64,000 nucleotides of DNA from an uncultured Gemmatimonadales bacterium (GCA_964619975.1 CAZUIY010000341.1:1393-65392), one strand, 5' to 3'; positions 44,267 through 53,663 are shown, numbered from the stretch's first letter. Translations and numbers: made by a program. Notes: a model not told the origin generated them from the letters alone.

Positions 44267-44413
44267 GTGATCTTTATCTGCCCGACCGAAATTTACGAGG
44301 AGGACCCGGAGGTGGTCGGATGCGGGTGTCGGTTCGATGCGACGCCGGACCCTCAAGGCTACGTGCAGTGCCCCGAATGCGATATGGAGTTTCTGGTCGA
44401 GTCGCATGGGTGA
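44267..44413 (+). CDS. small zinc-ribbon peptide
   Basis: 48 aa; CGCRF...CPEC. Confidence 0.35.
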   Translation: MIFICPTEIYEEDPEVVGCGCRFDATPDPQGYVQCPECDMEFLVESHG

Positions 44414-44888
44414 GGGCGTGACGGGCTGGGACTGCGAGCGCGACGGCCACCTGTGGGCGGACGAGGATCCGTGCGAGGCGTGCGGGCTGCCGTGGTCGGA
44501 GGCGCACGACCTGGAGGTGGTGGTGAACCGCCGCGGGCCGTGGCTGGCGGCGGTGCCCGTCGAGGGCCGGCCGCACCCGTCGCGCCGGCTGGACCCGCTG
44601 GCGAACGCCCGGTGGGCGCTGAGCGTCGCGCGGTACGCGCGCCCCGCCCCGCCGCCCCGCTGGCCGTGCTGGCGCCGCCTGCGCCCGACGCTCGACGCCT
44701 GGCGCGAGGGACGGCGGCACGGCTACCCGCGCTGCTGCGTCGCGCAGTGGTGCCTGGCCCGGCTGCTGGGCGCGCGGGGGTGCGCCGCGCGCCGGGGCTC
44801 GATCCCCACCGCCGGGGGCCAGTACGTGCCGTGCCGGTGGCACGTCGGTCGAGCGCCGGGCTGGCGACCGCTGCGCCGTGCGCGGTGA
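44406..44888 (+). CDS. hypothetical Cys-rich protein
   Basis: 160 aa; CERDGHLWADEDPCEACG ... CCVAQWC. Confidence 0.4.
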   Translation: MGEGVTGWDCERDGHLWADEDPCEACGLPWSEAHDLEVVVNRRGPWLAAVPVEGRPHPSRRLDPLANARWALSVARYARPAPPPRWPCWRRLRPTLDAWREGRRHGYPRCCVAQWCLARLLGARGCAARRGSIPTAGGQYVPCRWHVGRAPGWRPLRRAR

Positions 44889-45238
44889 GGGACCCCGAGG
44901 CGCGCCTGTCGGAGGGAACGCGCCTGGTGCTCGCCAAGCTGCGCGCCCGCCGGCGGGAGGTGACGTGCCGCGAGCTCGCGGCCGACCTCGACTGGGACGA
45001 CTGGGGGCTGCTGGGCTTCAACGTGGACTACCTGCGCCGCGGCGGGCCGCGCGGGGTGCCGCCGGCCGGGCTGCCGAGCCACGCCCCGATGCGCGTCGCG
45101 GGGCGGCTGCGCCACCTGTCGAGCGTGGGGCTCGCCGGCCAGCGCATAGAGGTGCGGGAGACGCGGACGGGCGGGCTCGATCCCGTGCGCCTGTGGTGGG
45201 CAGCGCCCCGGCGGCGCTACGATTCCAGGCGTGGCTGA
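44885..45238 (+). CDS. hypothetical winged-helix-like protein
   Basis: 117 codons; GTGA overlap. Confidence 0.35.
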   Translation: MRDPEARLSEGTRLVLAKLRARRREVTCRELAADLDWDDWGLLGFNVDYLRRGGPRGVPPAGLPSHAPMRVAGRLRHLSSVGLAGQRIEVRETRTGGLDPVRLWWAAPRRRYDSRRG

Positions 45239-45839
45239 CGCCGATCGCATAGCGACGCTTGACCCCTGGGAGCCGGACCCGAAGTGGCACCCCGCGCGGG
45301 CCGAGGCGTTCATCGCGTACCGCGACATGGGCGCGGGGCGGAGTTACGCGAAGGTTGCGAAGGGGTTGGGCAAGTCCACCACCATCGTCAGTAGGTGGGG
45401 GGGCCAGGACAACTGGCCGGAGCGGGCGAGCGCGTGGGACGCGGAGCAGGACCGCCAGCTTCGTGAGGAGTTCTCGCAGGCGACCGCGGACGTGGCGCGC
45501 GCTCAGGCCGAGGACGCCGCGCAGTTCCGCGACGCGCTGCTGGCTCCGGCGCGGGCGCTGAGGGCGAAGATCCAGAGGGCGGTCGACGAGGGAAAGGACC
45601 CGTTCGAGGGGATGACGGTGGGCGAGCTCCTGCGCCTGTCGGCCACGGCGGGGCGGGCGTTCGCGCAGGTCGCGACGGTCGAGCGCCTGGCGCACGGGCT
45701 GTCGACCGAGAACGTGGCGGGCCACGACGGGGGGCCGCTGGTGCCCCCGAGCGTCAAGGACAAGTCGATCGAGGAGCTGGAGGCGTACCTGACGGGCGTG
45801 GCCGACGCGTCGCGCGAGCGGGCCGAGTCGCGGTCGTAG
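45231..45839 (+). CDS. HTH DNA-binding protein
   Basis: HTH at RSYAKVAKGLGKSTTIVSRW; 202 aa. Confidence 0.45.
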   Translation: MADADRIATLDPWEPDPKWHPARAEAFIAYRDMGAGRSYAKVAKGLGKSTTIVSRWGGQDNWPERASAWDAEQDRQLREEFSQATADVARAQAEDAAQFRDALLAPARALRAKIQRAVDEGKDPFEGMTVGELLRLSATAGRAFAQVATVERLAHGLSTENVAGHDGGPLVPPSVKDKSIEELEAYLTGVADASRERAESRS

Positions 45840-45870
45840 GCTTCCGGGGTCCCGCGACCAGGAGGCCGCC

Positions 45871-46143
45871 GTGCGTTTCGTAGTCTTCCACTGCCCCGAC
45901 CCGCAGCCCGGCGTCGCGGAGGCGTACGTCAGGGCCGGCGAGATTGAGGACGCCGTGGACGCGTCGGCGGCGTTCGGTCAGCTGATGGCCGACCCCGAGC
46001 GCGGCGGGCGGGGGAAGTACCACCTGCTGCCCTCCGAGGGCGGGGCGTGCTTCACGGTGGAGCTGACGGTGACCGAGGAGGCGGCCGCCCCCGCCCCCGC
46101 GGAGCCGATCGAAGAGGCGATCGACGCGCCGCTCGCCGAGTAG
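45871..46143 (+). CDS. small acidic hypothetical protein
   Basis: 90 aa with an SD. Confidence 0.4.
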   Translation: MRFVVFHCPDPQPGVAEAYVRAGEIEDAVDASAAFGQLMADPERGGRGKYHLLPSEGGACFTVELTVTEEAAAPAPAEPIEEAIDAPLAE

Positions 46144-46175
46144 GGCGCTGCGGTAGCCTGCCGCCGGTACCCGAG
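46131..46175 (+). promoter_or_regulatory. promoter P12 (-10 TAGCCT, leader GTACCCGAG; weak -35)
   Basis: TAGCCT-7nt-GTACCCGAG, then AGGAGG, then ATG 46191. Confidence 0.5.
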
Positions 46176-46190
46176 CAATCAGGAGGACGC

Positions 46191-46403
46191 ATGGACCGCA
46201 TGACCGTTGACGAGGCCCGCACGCTGAGGGATTCGACCCGCCGCTTCGCCGCCGCCGACCAGGCGCTCCGCAGCGCCGAGGGGCCGGACGTGCTGCCGGA
46301 GGCGGCCGAGGAGTACCTGGCCGCGCGCGCCGACCACGCCCGGATCGTGGCCGACGCCGAGGACCCCGACGGCGAGGCGCCGTCCGCCACGGCCGACGAG
46401 TAG
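46191..46403 (+). CDS. small hypothetical protein
   Basis: 70 aa. The longer ORF-track start at 46047 reads through the promoter and is rejected. Confidence 0.45.
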   Translation: MDRMTVDEARTLRDSTRRFAAADQALRSAEGPDVLPEAAEEYLAARADHARIVADAEDPDGEAPSATADE

Positions 46404-46440
46404 CGACCGGCGCGCGTGTAGGCTGCCGCCCGTACCCGAT
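46396..46440 (+). promoter_or_regulatory. promoter P13 (-10 TAGGCT, leader GTACCCGATC; weak -35)
   Basis: TAGGCT-7nt-GTACCCGATC, then AGGTGG, then ATG 46456. Confidence 0.5.
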
Positions 46441-46455
46441 CGAAAGGTGGCCTGG

Positions 46456-46872
46456 ATGGCCGAGGTGAAGTGGAGCGACGAGGACGGTGACGAGGGGCGC
46501 GTGACCGCGGGCCGCGAGGCCGTGGTGGAGCTGATGGCCGACGATCGCGGGGAAGCCGAGGAGGCGGTCGAGGCCGACCTGGCCGACGAGGTGGTGGCGC
46601 TGGTCGAGTTGACCAACGCGGCCGGCGAGGTGGTGGCGTCGTTCGTGCCGCGGGACGCGGCGGTGGAGCTCGTGCTGGCGCTCGCGCAGGCGGTGGCGGG
46701 CGACGACGACCTGACCACTCTGGCGGGGGAGCTGAGGGCGATGGCCGAGGACGCGCTGCTGCCGAGCGGGCAGCCCCTCACGGCCGAGGGGGCGGCCGCG
46801 TGGGCCGAGGGCTGGCTGCTGACGCTGGCGCAGCTGGGCGTGCGGCCCGCGGCCGAGGGCGCGCAGTCGTGA
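46456..46872 (+). CDS. hypothetical acidic protein
   Basis: 138 aa; first of about 16 translationally coupled small genes (46.4-51.5 kb). Confidence 0.45.
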   Translation: MAEVKWSDEDGDEGRVTAGREAVVELMADDRGEAEEAVEADLADEVVALVELTNAAGEVVASFVPRDAAVELVLALAQAVAGDDDLTTLAGELRAMAEDALLPSGQPLTAEGAAAWAEGWLLTLAQLGVRPAAEGAQS

Positions 46873-47213
46873 GGGTGCCGGCGCTGGACGAGCCCGAGAC
46901 CGCGGAGCTGATCGACGAGCTGTTCGCGCCGTTCGACACGTCCGACGGCTGCGACGATCCGCTGCGCGCCGAGGCGCTGGCCGCGATCGACCGGTGGCGA
47001 GGCGAATCCAGTCAGGTCCAGCCGCTCGGCACCGCGCGCATGCAGCTCGGTGGCGGGGCCGAGGACGCCGCTCGGCCGCCCGCGAGCGAGTCGTCGCCGG
47101 CGGCGGTGAAGCTGGTGCGCGTGGCGGAGCGCGTCGCGGGCGGCGGCGAGCCGGCGAGCGGCACGGAGCTGATGGCGATCGCGCGGGAGATGTTCGAGGA
47201 GGCGAAGTCGTGA
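46869..47213 (+). CDS. hypothetical protein
   Basis: 114 codons; GTGA overlap. Confidence 0.35.
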   Translation: MRVPALDEPETAELIDELFAPFDTSDGCDDPLRAEALAAIDRWRGESSQVQPLGTARMQLGGGAEDAARPPASESSPAAVKLVRVAERVAGGGEPASGTELMAIAREMFEEAKS

Positions 47214-47761
47214 GCGCCCTGGCGGACGCGGCGCGCCTGGCCGCGCGCGTGGCGGACGGGGGCGACCAGGCGACCGGGCAGGAGCTGGCGAGGCTGGTCG
47301 AGGCGATCGAGGGCGAGCTGAAGGTCGCCTACCCGTACCGCGAGGGCGGCGTGACGGTGATCGGGCCGGAGTGCTTCGTCGCGCTGGACGGGAGCGTGCT
47401 GTCGTGGAAGGGCGTCAACTACGTGACGCAGGAGGTGGCCGTCGGGGTCTCGCTGTCGCGGGAGGGGGCGGGCCAGGTGGCCGAGCTCGTGGCGCACTGC
47501 GACATGCGGGTGCTGGACGCGGGCGGCGAGTTCGTGCCGGAGCGCCTGAAGGCCGTGCTGGACCTGTACGACGCCGCCGAGGAGGCGGGCGTGCTGGGGC
47601 CGGACGCGAGGGTGGCCGTCGGGATGCGCGCCGAGCGCGACCAGCCCGCGCCGAAGCCGGGCGACGAGGTCGAGTGCTCGTGCCGGGTGGTGGAGGACGG
47701 CGACGACGTGGGCACGGAGGTCGACCCGCAGTGCCCGGCGCACGGAGTGGGGAAGTCGTGA
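47210..47761 (+). CDS. hypothetical protein
   Basis: 183 codons; GTGA overlap. Confidence 0.4.
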   Translation: MSALADAARLAARVADGGDQATGQELARLVEAIEGELKVAYPYREGGVTVIGPECFVALDGSVLSWKGVNYVTQEVAVGVSLSREGAGQVAELVAHCDMRVLDAGGEFVPERLKAVLDLYDAAEEAGVLGPDARVAVGMRAERDQPAPKPGDEVECSCRVVEDGDDVGTEVDPQCPAHGVGKS

Positions 47762-48219
47762 CCGCCAGCGACTACGGCTGGTGGCACGTCGAGGCCGAGG
47801 ACGGGCGCACCGCGTGGCGGGGCAGGGCGGTCAGCGAGGAGCACGCGATCCAGCAGGCGGGCGCGTCGTCGTTCGCCCGCGCGCCCAAGGGCGTCGGGGC
47901 CGTCAGGGTGCTCGCTTTGGCCGAGGACTACTACGGCCCGACGGGCGAGCTGCGCCACGATCCATGCCTTTCGGCCTCGTGGGTGGTAGTACGGCGCTGC
48001 CGCGACTGCGGGATGCCGATCCAGGGCGAGACGCCCTCGCAGAGTGACGGGACGGCTCGGACGCACGGCTCGGCGTTCGGCCTGCCCAACGGGTGTCAGC
48101 GCGCGGTGGTGCGCAGGCTGGAGGAAATCGATCGCGGGCTGAGGGACCTGATCGCGAAGGTCGAGCGGCTGGAGGCGCTGGTGGGCGCGGACGCCGAGGC
48201 GGGACGCGCGACGAAGTGA
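47758..48219 (+). CDS. hypothetical protein
   Basis: 153 codons; CRDCGMP motif. Confidence 0.4.
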   Translation: MTASDYGWWHVEAEDGRTAWRGRAVSEEHAIQQAGASSFARAPKGVGAVRVLALAEDYYGPTGELRHDPCLSASWVVVRRCRDCGMPIQGETPSQSDGTARTHGSAFGLPNGCQRAVVRRLEEIDRGLRDLIAKVERLEALVGADAEAGRATK

Positions 48220-48440
48220 GGCTTCTCCTGATCGTCCTGCTGGGCGTGGTCGGCGGCCTCGTGCTGGGCGTGGCGGCGGCGCGCGGCGACTCGATCGGGC
48301 TGGTCGCCGGGGCGACGCTGGCGGTCCTGGCCGTGGCGCGCGCGATGACGATGGGCGAGGAGGCGCGCCTGGTGTCCGAGATCGAGGCGGTCCTGGACGA
48401 GGGCGACCGCCCGCCCCGCAGTCGCGAGGGGCGGCCGTGA
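48216..48440 (+). CDS. small membrane protein
   Basis: 74 codons; LLLIVLLGVVGGLVLGVAAA. Confidence 0.35.
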   Translation: MRLLLIVLLGVVGGLVLGVAAARGDSIGLVAGATLAVLAVARAMTMGEEARLVSEIEAVLDEGDRPPRSREGRP

Positions 48441-49087
48441 GCGACGACGCGCGCACCGCGATCGCCAAGGCGCTCTACAGGGAGGCGCCGGGCAATCGGC
48501 GCCACGACTCGCTGCTGCCGGCCGACTGGTGGGAGCAGGTGCCGAAGCTGCTGCGGCGGACGTACGAGGCCGAGGCTGACGCGGTGCTGGCGATCGAGGG
48601 CCTGGAGGACCTGGTGCGCGCGCACTGCGAGGACGAGGGCACCCCGGCGATCAACGCGGCGCTGATGGCGGACCCGACCGCCGGCGAGTACGTCCCGCCG
48701 CGCGACGGGGGCAGCCGCTACACGATCGCGGTCGACTTCGACGGGGTGCTGCACTCGTACGTCACGCCCTGGATCGACGCGACCACGATCCCCGACCCCC
48801 CGGTGGAGGGGGCGATCGAGTGGCTGAACGGGATCGCCAGGCAGTTCGACGTGGTGATCCTCACGACGCGCGGCAAGACGGACGCGGCCCGCCAGGCGGT
48901 GTGCGGCTGGCTGCGGAAGCACGGCTACGAGGGCACGTTTCCCGAGGTGACGGACCGCAAGGTGCCGGCGCTCGTGTACGTGGACGATCGGGGCTGGCGC
49001 TTCGAGGGAAGCAACTTCCCCACGGCCGACGAGGTCCACCAGGCCCGCCCGTGGAACAAGGGAGGCCGGCGTGGCGCGGCCTCCTGA
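48437..49087 (+). CDS. HAD-superfamily phosphatase, 5-prime(3-prime)-deoxyribonucleotidase (NT5C)-like
   Basis: HAD motif I (IAVDFDGVLHSY) and VTDRKVPALVYVDDRG motif III-like. Confidence 0.55.
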   Translation: MSDDARTAIAKALYREAPGNRRHDSLLPADWWEQVPKLLRRTYEAEADAVLAIEGLEDLVRAHCEDEGTPAINAALMADPTAGEYVPPRDGGSRYTIAVDFDGVLHSYVTPWIDATTIPDPPVEGAIEWLNGIARQFDVVILTTRGKTDAARQAVCGWLRKHGYEGTFPEVTDRKVPALVYVDDRGWRFEGSNFPTADEVHQARPWNKGGRRGAAS

Positions 49088-49496
49088 CGACCTGCGGGTG
49101 ACGGTGGACGGCGTGGACGTGGGCGCGTTCGAGTTCGACATGCGGGTGACGCGGACGATCGAGCCGCGCTACGGCGATCAGGTCGCGCCGCACGACCTCG
49201 CGCAGCCGATCGAGCTGACGGGGCGGCTGACGCTGGACGAGGAGGGCATGGAGGCGTGGCGCGCGTCGCTGGCCCCGGCGTCGGCTCACCTGATCGTGGA
49301 GCAGGACGTTCCGTGGCCGGCGCTGTGGACGCGGTACACGGCGGGGCACCGCGAGCTCCGCCGGGACCGAAGGCGCCGCGGGCTGCCCGAGCCGGAGGCC
49401 CCGGTGACGTGGGTCCGCTTCGAGGTGCCGCGCGTGCGGTTCGTGGAGGCGGGCGACGGGCCGGTGGCGCTGGGCGAGGCGGAGGTGGTGCGGTGA
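49071..49496 (+). CDS. hypothetical protein
   Basis: 141 aa. Confidence 0.4.
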   Translation: MARPPDDLRVTVDGVDVGAFEFDMRVTRTIEPRYGDQVAPHDLAQPIELTGRLTLDEEGMEAWRASLAPASAHLIVEQDVPWPALWTRYTAGHRELRRDRRRRGLPEPEAPVTWVRFEVPRVRFVEAGDGPVALGEAEVVR

Positions 49497-49702
49497 GGCC
49501 GGAGGAGTACGAGCGGGTGCGGAGCGAGGACGGGTACGCGGTGCGGCGGATCGAGGCGCTGACGTCGGCGCTGACGCTGGTCCGCAACGGCTACGAGTAC
49601 CCGGCGCCGCGCCACGATCGCCGGCGACGGCTGTCGCGCCGCGCGATGCGGGCGCGGGCGGACGAGGCGCTTGACCCCGATTACCTGAGTCGGGACGACT
49701 AG
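49493..49702 (+). CDS. small hypothetical protein
   Basis: 69 codons; GTGA overlap. Confidence 0.3.
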   Translation: MRPEEYERVRSEDGYAVRRIEALTSALTLVRNGYEYPAPRHDRRRRLSRRAMRARADEALDPDYLSRDD

Positions 49703-49735
49703 GCCGGCGGGTGTAGGCTGCTGCGCGTACCCGAC
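49691..49735 (+). promoter_or_regulatory. promoter P14 (-10 TAGGCT, leader GTACCCGAC; weak -35)
   Basis: TAGGCT-7nt-GTACCCGAC, then AGGAGG, then ATG 49748. Confidence 0.5.
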
Positions 49736-49747
49736 GCAGGAGGACCG

Positions 49748-49849
49748 ATGGGAGCACTGGACGAGTTGCGCGAGGGCGTGGCGCGAGTCAAGGCCGCCGA
49801 GCGCGGCCACGACGGGCCGCCAACCGGCACGTGCGGGGCGTGGCACTGA
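49748..49849 (+). CDS. very small ORF (33 aa)
   Basis: Sits between the P14 SD and the next ATG. Confidence 0.25.
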   Translation: MGALDELREGVARVKAAERGHDGPPTGTCGAWH

Positions 49850-50136
49850 TGGCGGGCGAGGCCAAGGCGGCGCCGGACGGAGCGCCCTCGATGGCGGACA
49901 CGCTGCGCGGCGTGCTGCGCGACTTCACCTTCAGTCACGACGAGCCGCCCCACGAGACGCTGACTTACGTGCAGGCGACCGCGCTGGTGGAGTTGGCCGA
50001 CGGCGTGTGCCGGATCGCGGACGTGCTGGAGGGGGCGGGGCTGACCGCGCTGGACGACCACGGCTGGTCGGTCGGCGAGCACGCGCACGCGGCGATCGAG
50101 GCGGTGCGGGTCGCGGCGCAGGAGGTGCGACCGTGA
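49849..50136 (+). CDS. small hypothetical protein
   Basis: 95 aa. Confidence 0.4.
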   Translation: MAGEAKAAPDGAPSMADTLRGVLRDFTFSHDEPPHETLTYVQATALVELADGVCRIADVLEGAGLTALDDHGWSVGEHAHAAIEAVRVAAQEVRP

Positions 50137-50327
50137 ACTGGCCGACGGTGCAGCAGGTGGAGGAGAGCAGCGACTACGAGCAGGTGATGCGGTGGCAGCG
50201 TCGGCTGCCGACGCCGGCGAACGACGACGAGCTGACCGTCCTCAACGCGGTGATGAAGCGCTACGGCGAGCTGAGGGCGGCGGACCCCGGCGCGATGGTC
50301 GCGGCGTCCAAGGCGGTGGGCTGGTGA
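50133..50327 (+). CDS. small hypothetical protein
   Basis: 64 codons; GTGA overlap. Confidence 0.3.
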   Translation: MNWPTVQQVEESSDYEQVMRWQRRLPTPANDDELTVLNAVMKRYGELRAADPGAMVAASKAVGW

Positions 50328-50569
50328 CGGGCGAGGCGCCGGACGCCCCGGACACGGGCGCGTCGTCGCAGGTCACGGACCACGCCTTCGTGCCGAGGGT
50401 CGACGAGCCGTGGGGCCTGTGCGTGACGTGCCGGCTGAGCCGGGCGGCGCACACGAGCGGGCCGGTGTACATCCCGATCGCGGAGCGCCCGCGGGACCTG
50501 CCCGGCGGCCTGCACCCGTCGCGCCGGCACCCCGCGGCGACGTCGGGCCACCCCGAGGTCGGCCCGTGA
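50324..50569 (+). CDS. small hypothetical protein
   Basis: 81 codons; CVTCRLS motif. Confidence 0.3.
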   Translation: MTGEAPDAPDTGASSQVTDHAFVPRVDEPWGLCVTCRLSRAAHTSGPVYIPIAERPRDLPGGLHPSRRHPAATSGHPEVGP

Positions 50570-50952
50570 CGCCCGAGCGCGAGCGCCGGGACGCGGCGGC
50601 GCGCGCGCTCGCGCCGCTGGTAGGCATGGCGTTCGAGTCCGAGGAAGACAAGTGGGCGCTGCGGCGGGCGGTGGCCACGGTGCTCGTCGAGTACGGGGCG
50701 GGCGAGCACCTGCTGACGGCGGTCGGGGAGGCACGCGCGGCTGATCCCGAGAACCAGGGCTCGTGGCACGGGGCGCTGGACTGGCTGGCGCTGGAGTACC
50801 GACGCAGCGGCCTGCCGGTCGAGCCGCTGACCGCGCGCGAGCGTCGGCACGTGGCCAAGGTCATGGGCTTGTCGAGCGTCTGCGCCGACACGTGCGGCCT
50901 GTGCATGGCGGTGCTCATGAAGCTCCAGCACCGCGACGAGGCGCGGTCGTGA
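50566..50952 (+). CDS. hypothetical protein
   Basis: 128 codons. Confidence 0.35.
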   Translation: MTPERERRDAAARALAPLVGMAFESEEDKWALRRAVATVLVEYGAGEHLLTAVGEARAADPENQGSWHGALDWLALEYRRSGLPVEPLTARERRHVAKVMGLSSVCADTCGLCMAVLMKLQHRDEARS

Positions 50953-51188
50953 GCGAGGCGAACCCGAGGCGGCTGACGCTGGGGCGCGGGCTGCACGGTC
51001 GCCCGGTGCGCATCGAGAAGGACTCGCATCCGCGCGCCGACCTGCCGACCGAGGTCGTGGACGCGGCCGACTTCGACGCCGCGAGCGGGCGCGCGACTCG
51101 GCAGGCGGTGGAGCTCGTCAGGATCAAGGCCGAGCTGGAGCGCCACCGAACCCGCTGGCGAATAATGAAGCGGCTGGTGCGCAGGTGA
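50949..51188 (+). CDS. small hypothetical protein
   Basis: 79 codons. Confidence 0.3.
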   Translation: MSEANPRRLTLGRGLHGRPVRIEKDSHPRADLPTEVVDAADFDAASGRATRQAVELVRIKAELERHRTRWRIMKRLVRR

Positions 51189-51198
51189 GGGCGCTGGA

Positions 51199-51471
51199 AT
51201 GAGCGCGCGGAAGTGCGTCTGCCGACGGCACGTCTTCCATGCCCTGTCGCACGTGCTGGGGCCGTACGGGCGTCAGGACGTGCACGTGCATCCGTGCCAC
51301 ACGGAGGGCTGCGATCGGGTCTTGCTCGGCGAGGGCCGAACGTGCAAGGGCAAGGGGGGGAGGCACTGGCGCGCCACGCTGACGGAACGCGGCATCGTGC
51401 GCGAGTCGCGGGCGCTGGAGTATCCGCCGCAGCCCGACTACGGCTACGCTGCCGACGTACCCGACGATTGA
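51199..51471 (+). CDS. small Cys/His-rich protein
   Basis: 90 aa; CVCRRH...HPCHTEGCDR. Confidence 0.4.
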   Translation: MSARKCVCRRHVFHALSHVLGPYGRQDVHVHPCHTEGCDRVLLGEGRTCKGKGGRHWRATLTERGIVRESRALEYPPQPDYGYAADVPDD

Positions 51472-51482
51472 GGAGGCTGGAC

Positions 51483-52019
51483 GTGGCTGAGCGAGCGAGG
51501 CGGGCGTGGGTGACGAGGCCCCGCCCGCGGGACCTGCCGGAGTTCCTGCTGCTGGCGTTGGCGGTGTGGGTGCTGAGGGCGCTTGCCTTCGCGCTCCGGC
51601 TGTCGATCGGGGTCGCGGACGTGAGGCGTCGCCGGGCCGAGGCGCGGCGCGAGGCGGCGATCCGCGACTCGATCCACGTGAAGATGGGAGGCCAGTCTGA
51701 CCTTCGGGTGCCGCCCGAGCCGGGGCCGGCGAAGGCGAAGCCGGACCCGAGCGCGCCGCGGCGGTACGCGGCCGGCGGGATGGTGCCGCCCGACGCGGGC
51801 GACCACGTGGCGGCGTTGCTCTCGCCGGGGGTGGGGCTGATGGTCCCGGCGGGCACCAGGCCCAGCACGGCCGATCGAGCGTGCCGCGCGGCCGAGCGGG
51901 TGCTGATGGACGAGGGGGTGGAGGTGACGCTGGACGCGCGGCCGATGCCGCCCGGCGCGTTCGCGGCGCGGGCGCACTTCGGGGGCGACGACGTTGCGCG
52001 GCGTCGCGAGCGCCAGTAG
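51483..52019 (+). CDS. membrane-associated hypothetical protein
   Basis: 178 codons; hydrophobic helix LPEFLLLALAVWVLRALAFAL. Confidence 0.35.
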   Translation: MAERARRAWVTRPRPRDLPEFLLLALAVWVLRALAFALRLSIGVADVRRRRAEARREAAIRDSIHVKMGGQSDLRVPPEPGPAKAKPDPSAPRRYAAGGMVPPDAGDHVAALLSPGVGLMVPAGTRPSTADRACRAAERVLMDEGVEVTLDARPMPPGAFAARAHFGGDDVARRRERQ

Positions 52020-52038
52020 CCTGTGCGCCGTACCCGAT
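51994..52038 (+). promoter_or_regulatory. promoter P15 (-35 TTGCGC, 17 bp, -10 TAGCCT, leader GTACCCGAT)
   Basis: Directly visible; AGGAGGAT SD, then ATG 52050. Confidence 0.6.
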
Positions 52039-52049
52039 AGGAGGATGCG

Positions 52050-52523
52050 ATGGGCAACTGGAGAACCGTGACGATCGTGGGCTCGTGCCCGCCCGGCGAG
52101 GTCGAGGAGCTGCGCGACTTCCTCAAGGCGGCGGGCGACTTCATGGTGCCCGACTCGAAGAAGCCGTACGACGCCGCGGCGCTGGCGGACGCCTTCCCGC
52201 TCAACATGAGCAACGGCCTGGCGGGGCTGGGCCACTGGCTCGGCGACGGCGAGCTGATCGACGCGTCCGGCAACCTCGGCGAGCGCGACTACGGCGTGGA
52301 GAGCGTCGCGAAGGCGCTGCGGGCGATGGTCGCGTTCGCGCCGGGCCTGCGGCTCAAGGTGCACTGCGGCGACGAGTGGGAGGCGGCGAACTGCGTCGCG
52401 ACCGTCGTGCTGGAGGGCGGCGAGGTGGAGGTGCGCCCGCCGGAGGTCGAGACGGTGCGCGGCGCGTCGCCGGACGAGATGAAGGGTCGCCTGTACGACT
52501 CGCTCATGGGCGGCGGCGCGTGA
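52050..52523 (+). CDS. hypothetical protein
   Basis: 157 aa. Confidence 0.45.
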   Translation: MGNWRTVTIVGSCPPGEVEELRDFLKAAGDFMVPDSKKPYDAAALADAFPLNMSNGLAGLGHWLGDGELIDASGNLGERDYGVESVAKALRAMVAFAPGLRLKVHCGDEWEAANCVATVVLEGGEVEVRPPEVETVRGASPDEMKGRLYDSLMGGGA

Positions 52524-53098
52524 CGGGCGACGTGGCGCGGGCGCAGACGCGCACGGCGATGGAGACGGCGAGCGGCCACTTCTTCGACTTGGCCGACCCG
52601 CGGCCGGAGGACGTGTGGCTGGAGGACGTGGCGCACGCGCTGTCGCTGACGTGCCGGTACGCCGGCCAGTGCGAGCGGTTCTACTCCGTGGCCGAGCACG
52701 CCTGCCTGGTCGCGTGGCGACTGGAGGGCCTGGGATACCCGCCGAAGGTGGTGCTGCGCGGCCTGCACCACGACTCCGCGGAGGCGTACTGCGGCGACGT
52801 GACGCACCCGCTGAAGTGCGTGCTGCCGGAGTACGCGGCGATCGAGGCGCGCGTGCAGGGGGCGGTGGACGTGGGGCTGGGCCTGGCGATCCTTAGCGAT
52901 CACGAGCTCACGTCGATCAAGGACGCGGACGACTGGGCGCTGTTCGTGGAGGCGGCGCAGCTGATGCCGAGCGGCGGCCGCGACTGGTCGGACGCGCCGA
53001 GCGAGGTCGACGGGTCGCCGTGGGAGTTGGGCTGGTCGCCGGCCGAGGCCGAGACGACGTTCCTGGCTGAGCACTACCGGCTAGATCGGGGGCGCTGA
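52520..53098 (+). CDS. HD-domain metal-dependent phosphohydrolase (YfbR-like 5-prime-deoxynucleotidase family)
   Basis: HD motif LHHDSAEAYCGD preceded by YSVAEHACLVA; about 190 aa. Confidence 0.55.
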   Translation: MTGDVARAQTRTAMETASGHFFDLADPRPEDVWLEDVAHALSLTCRYAGQCERFYSVAEHACLVAWRLEGLGYPPKVVLRGLHHDSAEAYCGDVTHPLKCVLPEYAAIEARVQGAVDVGLGLAILSDHELTSIKDADDWALFVEAAQLMPSGGRDWSDAPSEVDGSPWELGWSPAEAETTFLAEHYRLDRGR

Positions 53099-53469
53099 TG
53101 GCATCGCTGAGGCCGGCGCCGGACGGCTACCCGATCAAGCTGGTCCGTGACAGGACGCGCGACATCCTGAACGCCTCGGGCGAGCCGGGCGACCTGTTCT
53201 ACGGTCCCGCGAGGGGCGACCTAATTCGGTGGCTGCGGCTGAAGCTGGCCGAGGAGGTGGGCGAGTTCCTGGTCGACGGCGGCTACGACGAGCTGCGCGA
53301 CGTGCTGGCGGTGGTCGAGGGGCTGGCCGTGGCCGTTGGGTCCAGCCTGAACGAACTGGTCGCGGCGTTGCGCGACGATCCGCGCGGGGGGTTCGTGTAC
53401 GGCGTGATGATGTACGGCCACCACCGGGAGTTCGACGGTCGCCCCGAGGCGGACATGGGGCGGGGCTAG
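53098..53469 (+). CDS. MazG/HisE-like nucleoside triphosphate pyrophosphohydrolase
   Basis: YPIKLVRDRTRDIL...LKLAEEVGEFL is the all-alpha NTP-PPase signature. Confidence 0.55.
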   Translation: MASLRPAPDGYPIKLVRDRTRDILNASGEPGDLFYGPARGDLIRWLRLKLAEEVGEFLVDGGYDELRDVLAVVEGLAVAVGSSLNELVAALRDDPRGGFVYGVMMYGHHREFDGRPEADMGRG

Positions 53470-53663
53470 TGGCGGCCATAGAGGGCGATCCGGATCACGG
53501 GCCTCTCGACAGGCCGGGGCCGGACTCGCCGTTCGAGCCGGCGCGCCAGTACGATGGGGTGTGCCGGTGCAAGGGGTGCCGCGCGCTGGTCTGGTCGAAC
53601 CCCGAGTCGCGGGAGGCGCACCTGAACCGCGCGGGCTGCCACGCGGGCGAGGGGGCGACGTGA
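53469..53663 (+). CDS. small Cys-containing hypothetical protein
   Basis: 64 codons; CRCKGCRAL. Confidence 0.3.
   Translation: MAAIEGDPDHGPLDRPGPDSPFEPARQYDGVCRCKGCRALVWSNPESREAHLNRAGCHAGEGAT

Noticed and set aside
46047-46190. Upstream extension of the 46191-46403 gene to ATG 46047
   Set aside because: The extension reads through promoter P12 and its SD. ATG 46191 has the correctly spaced AGGAGG.
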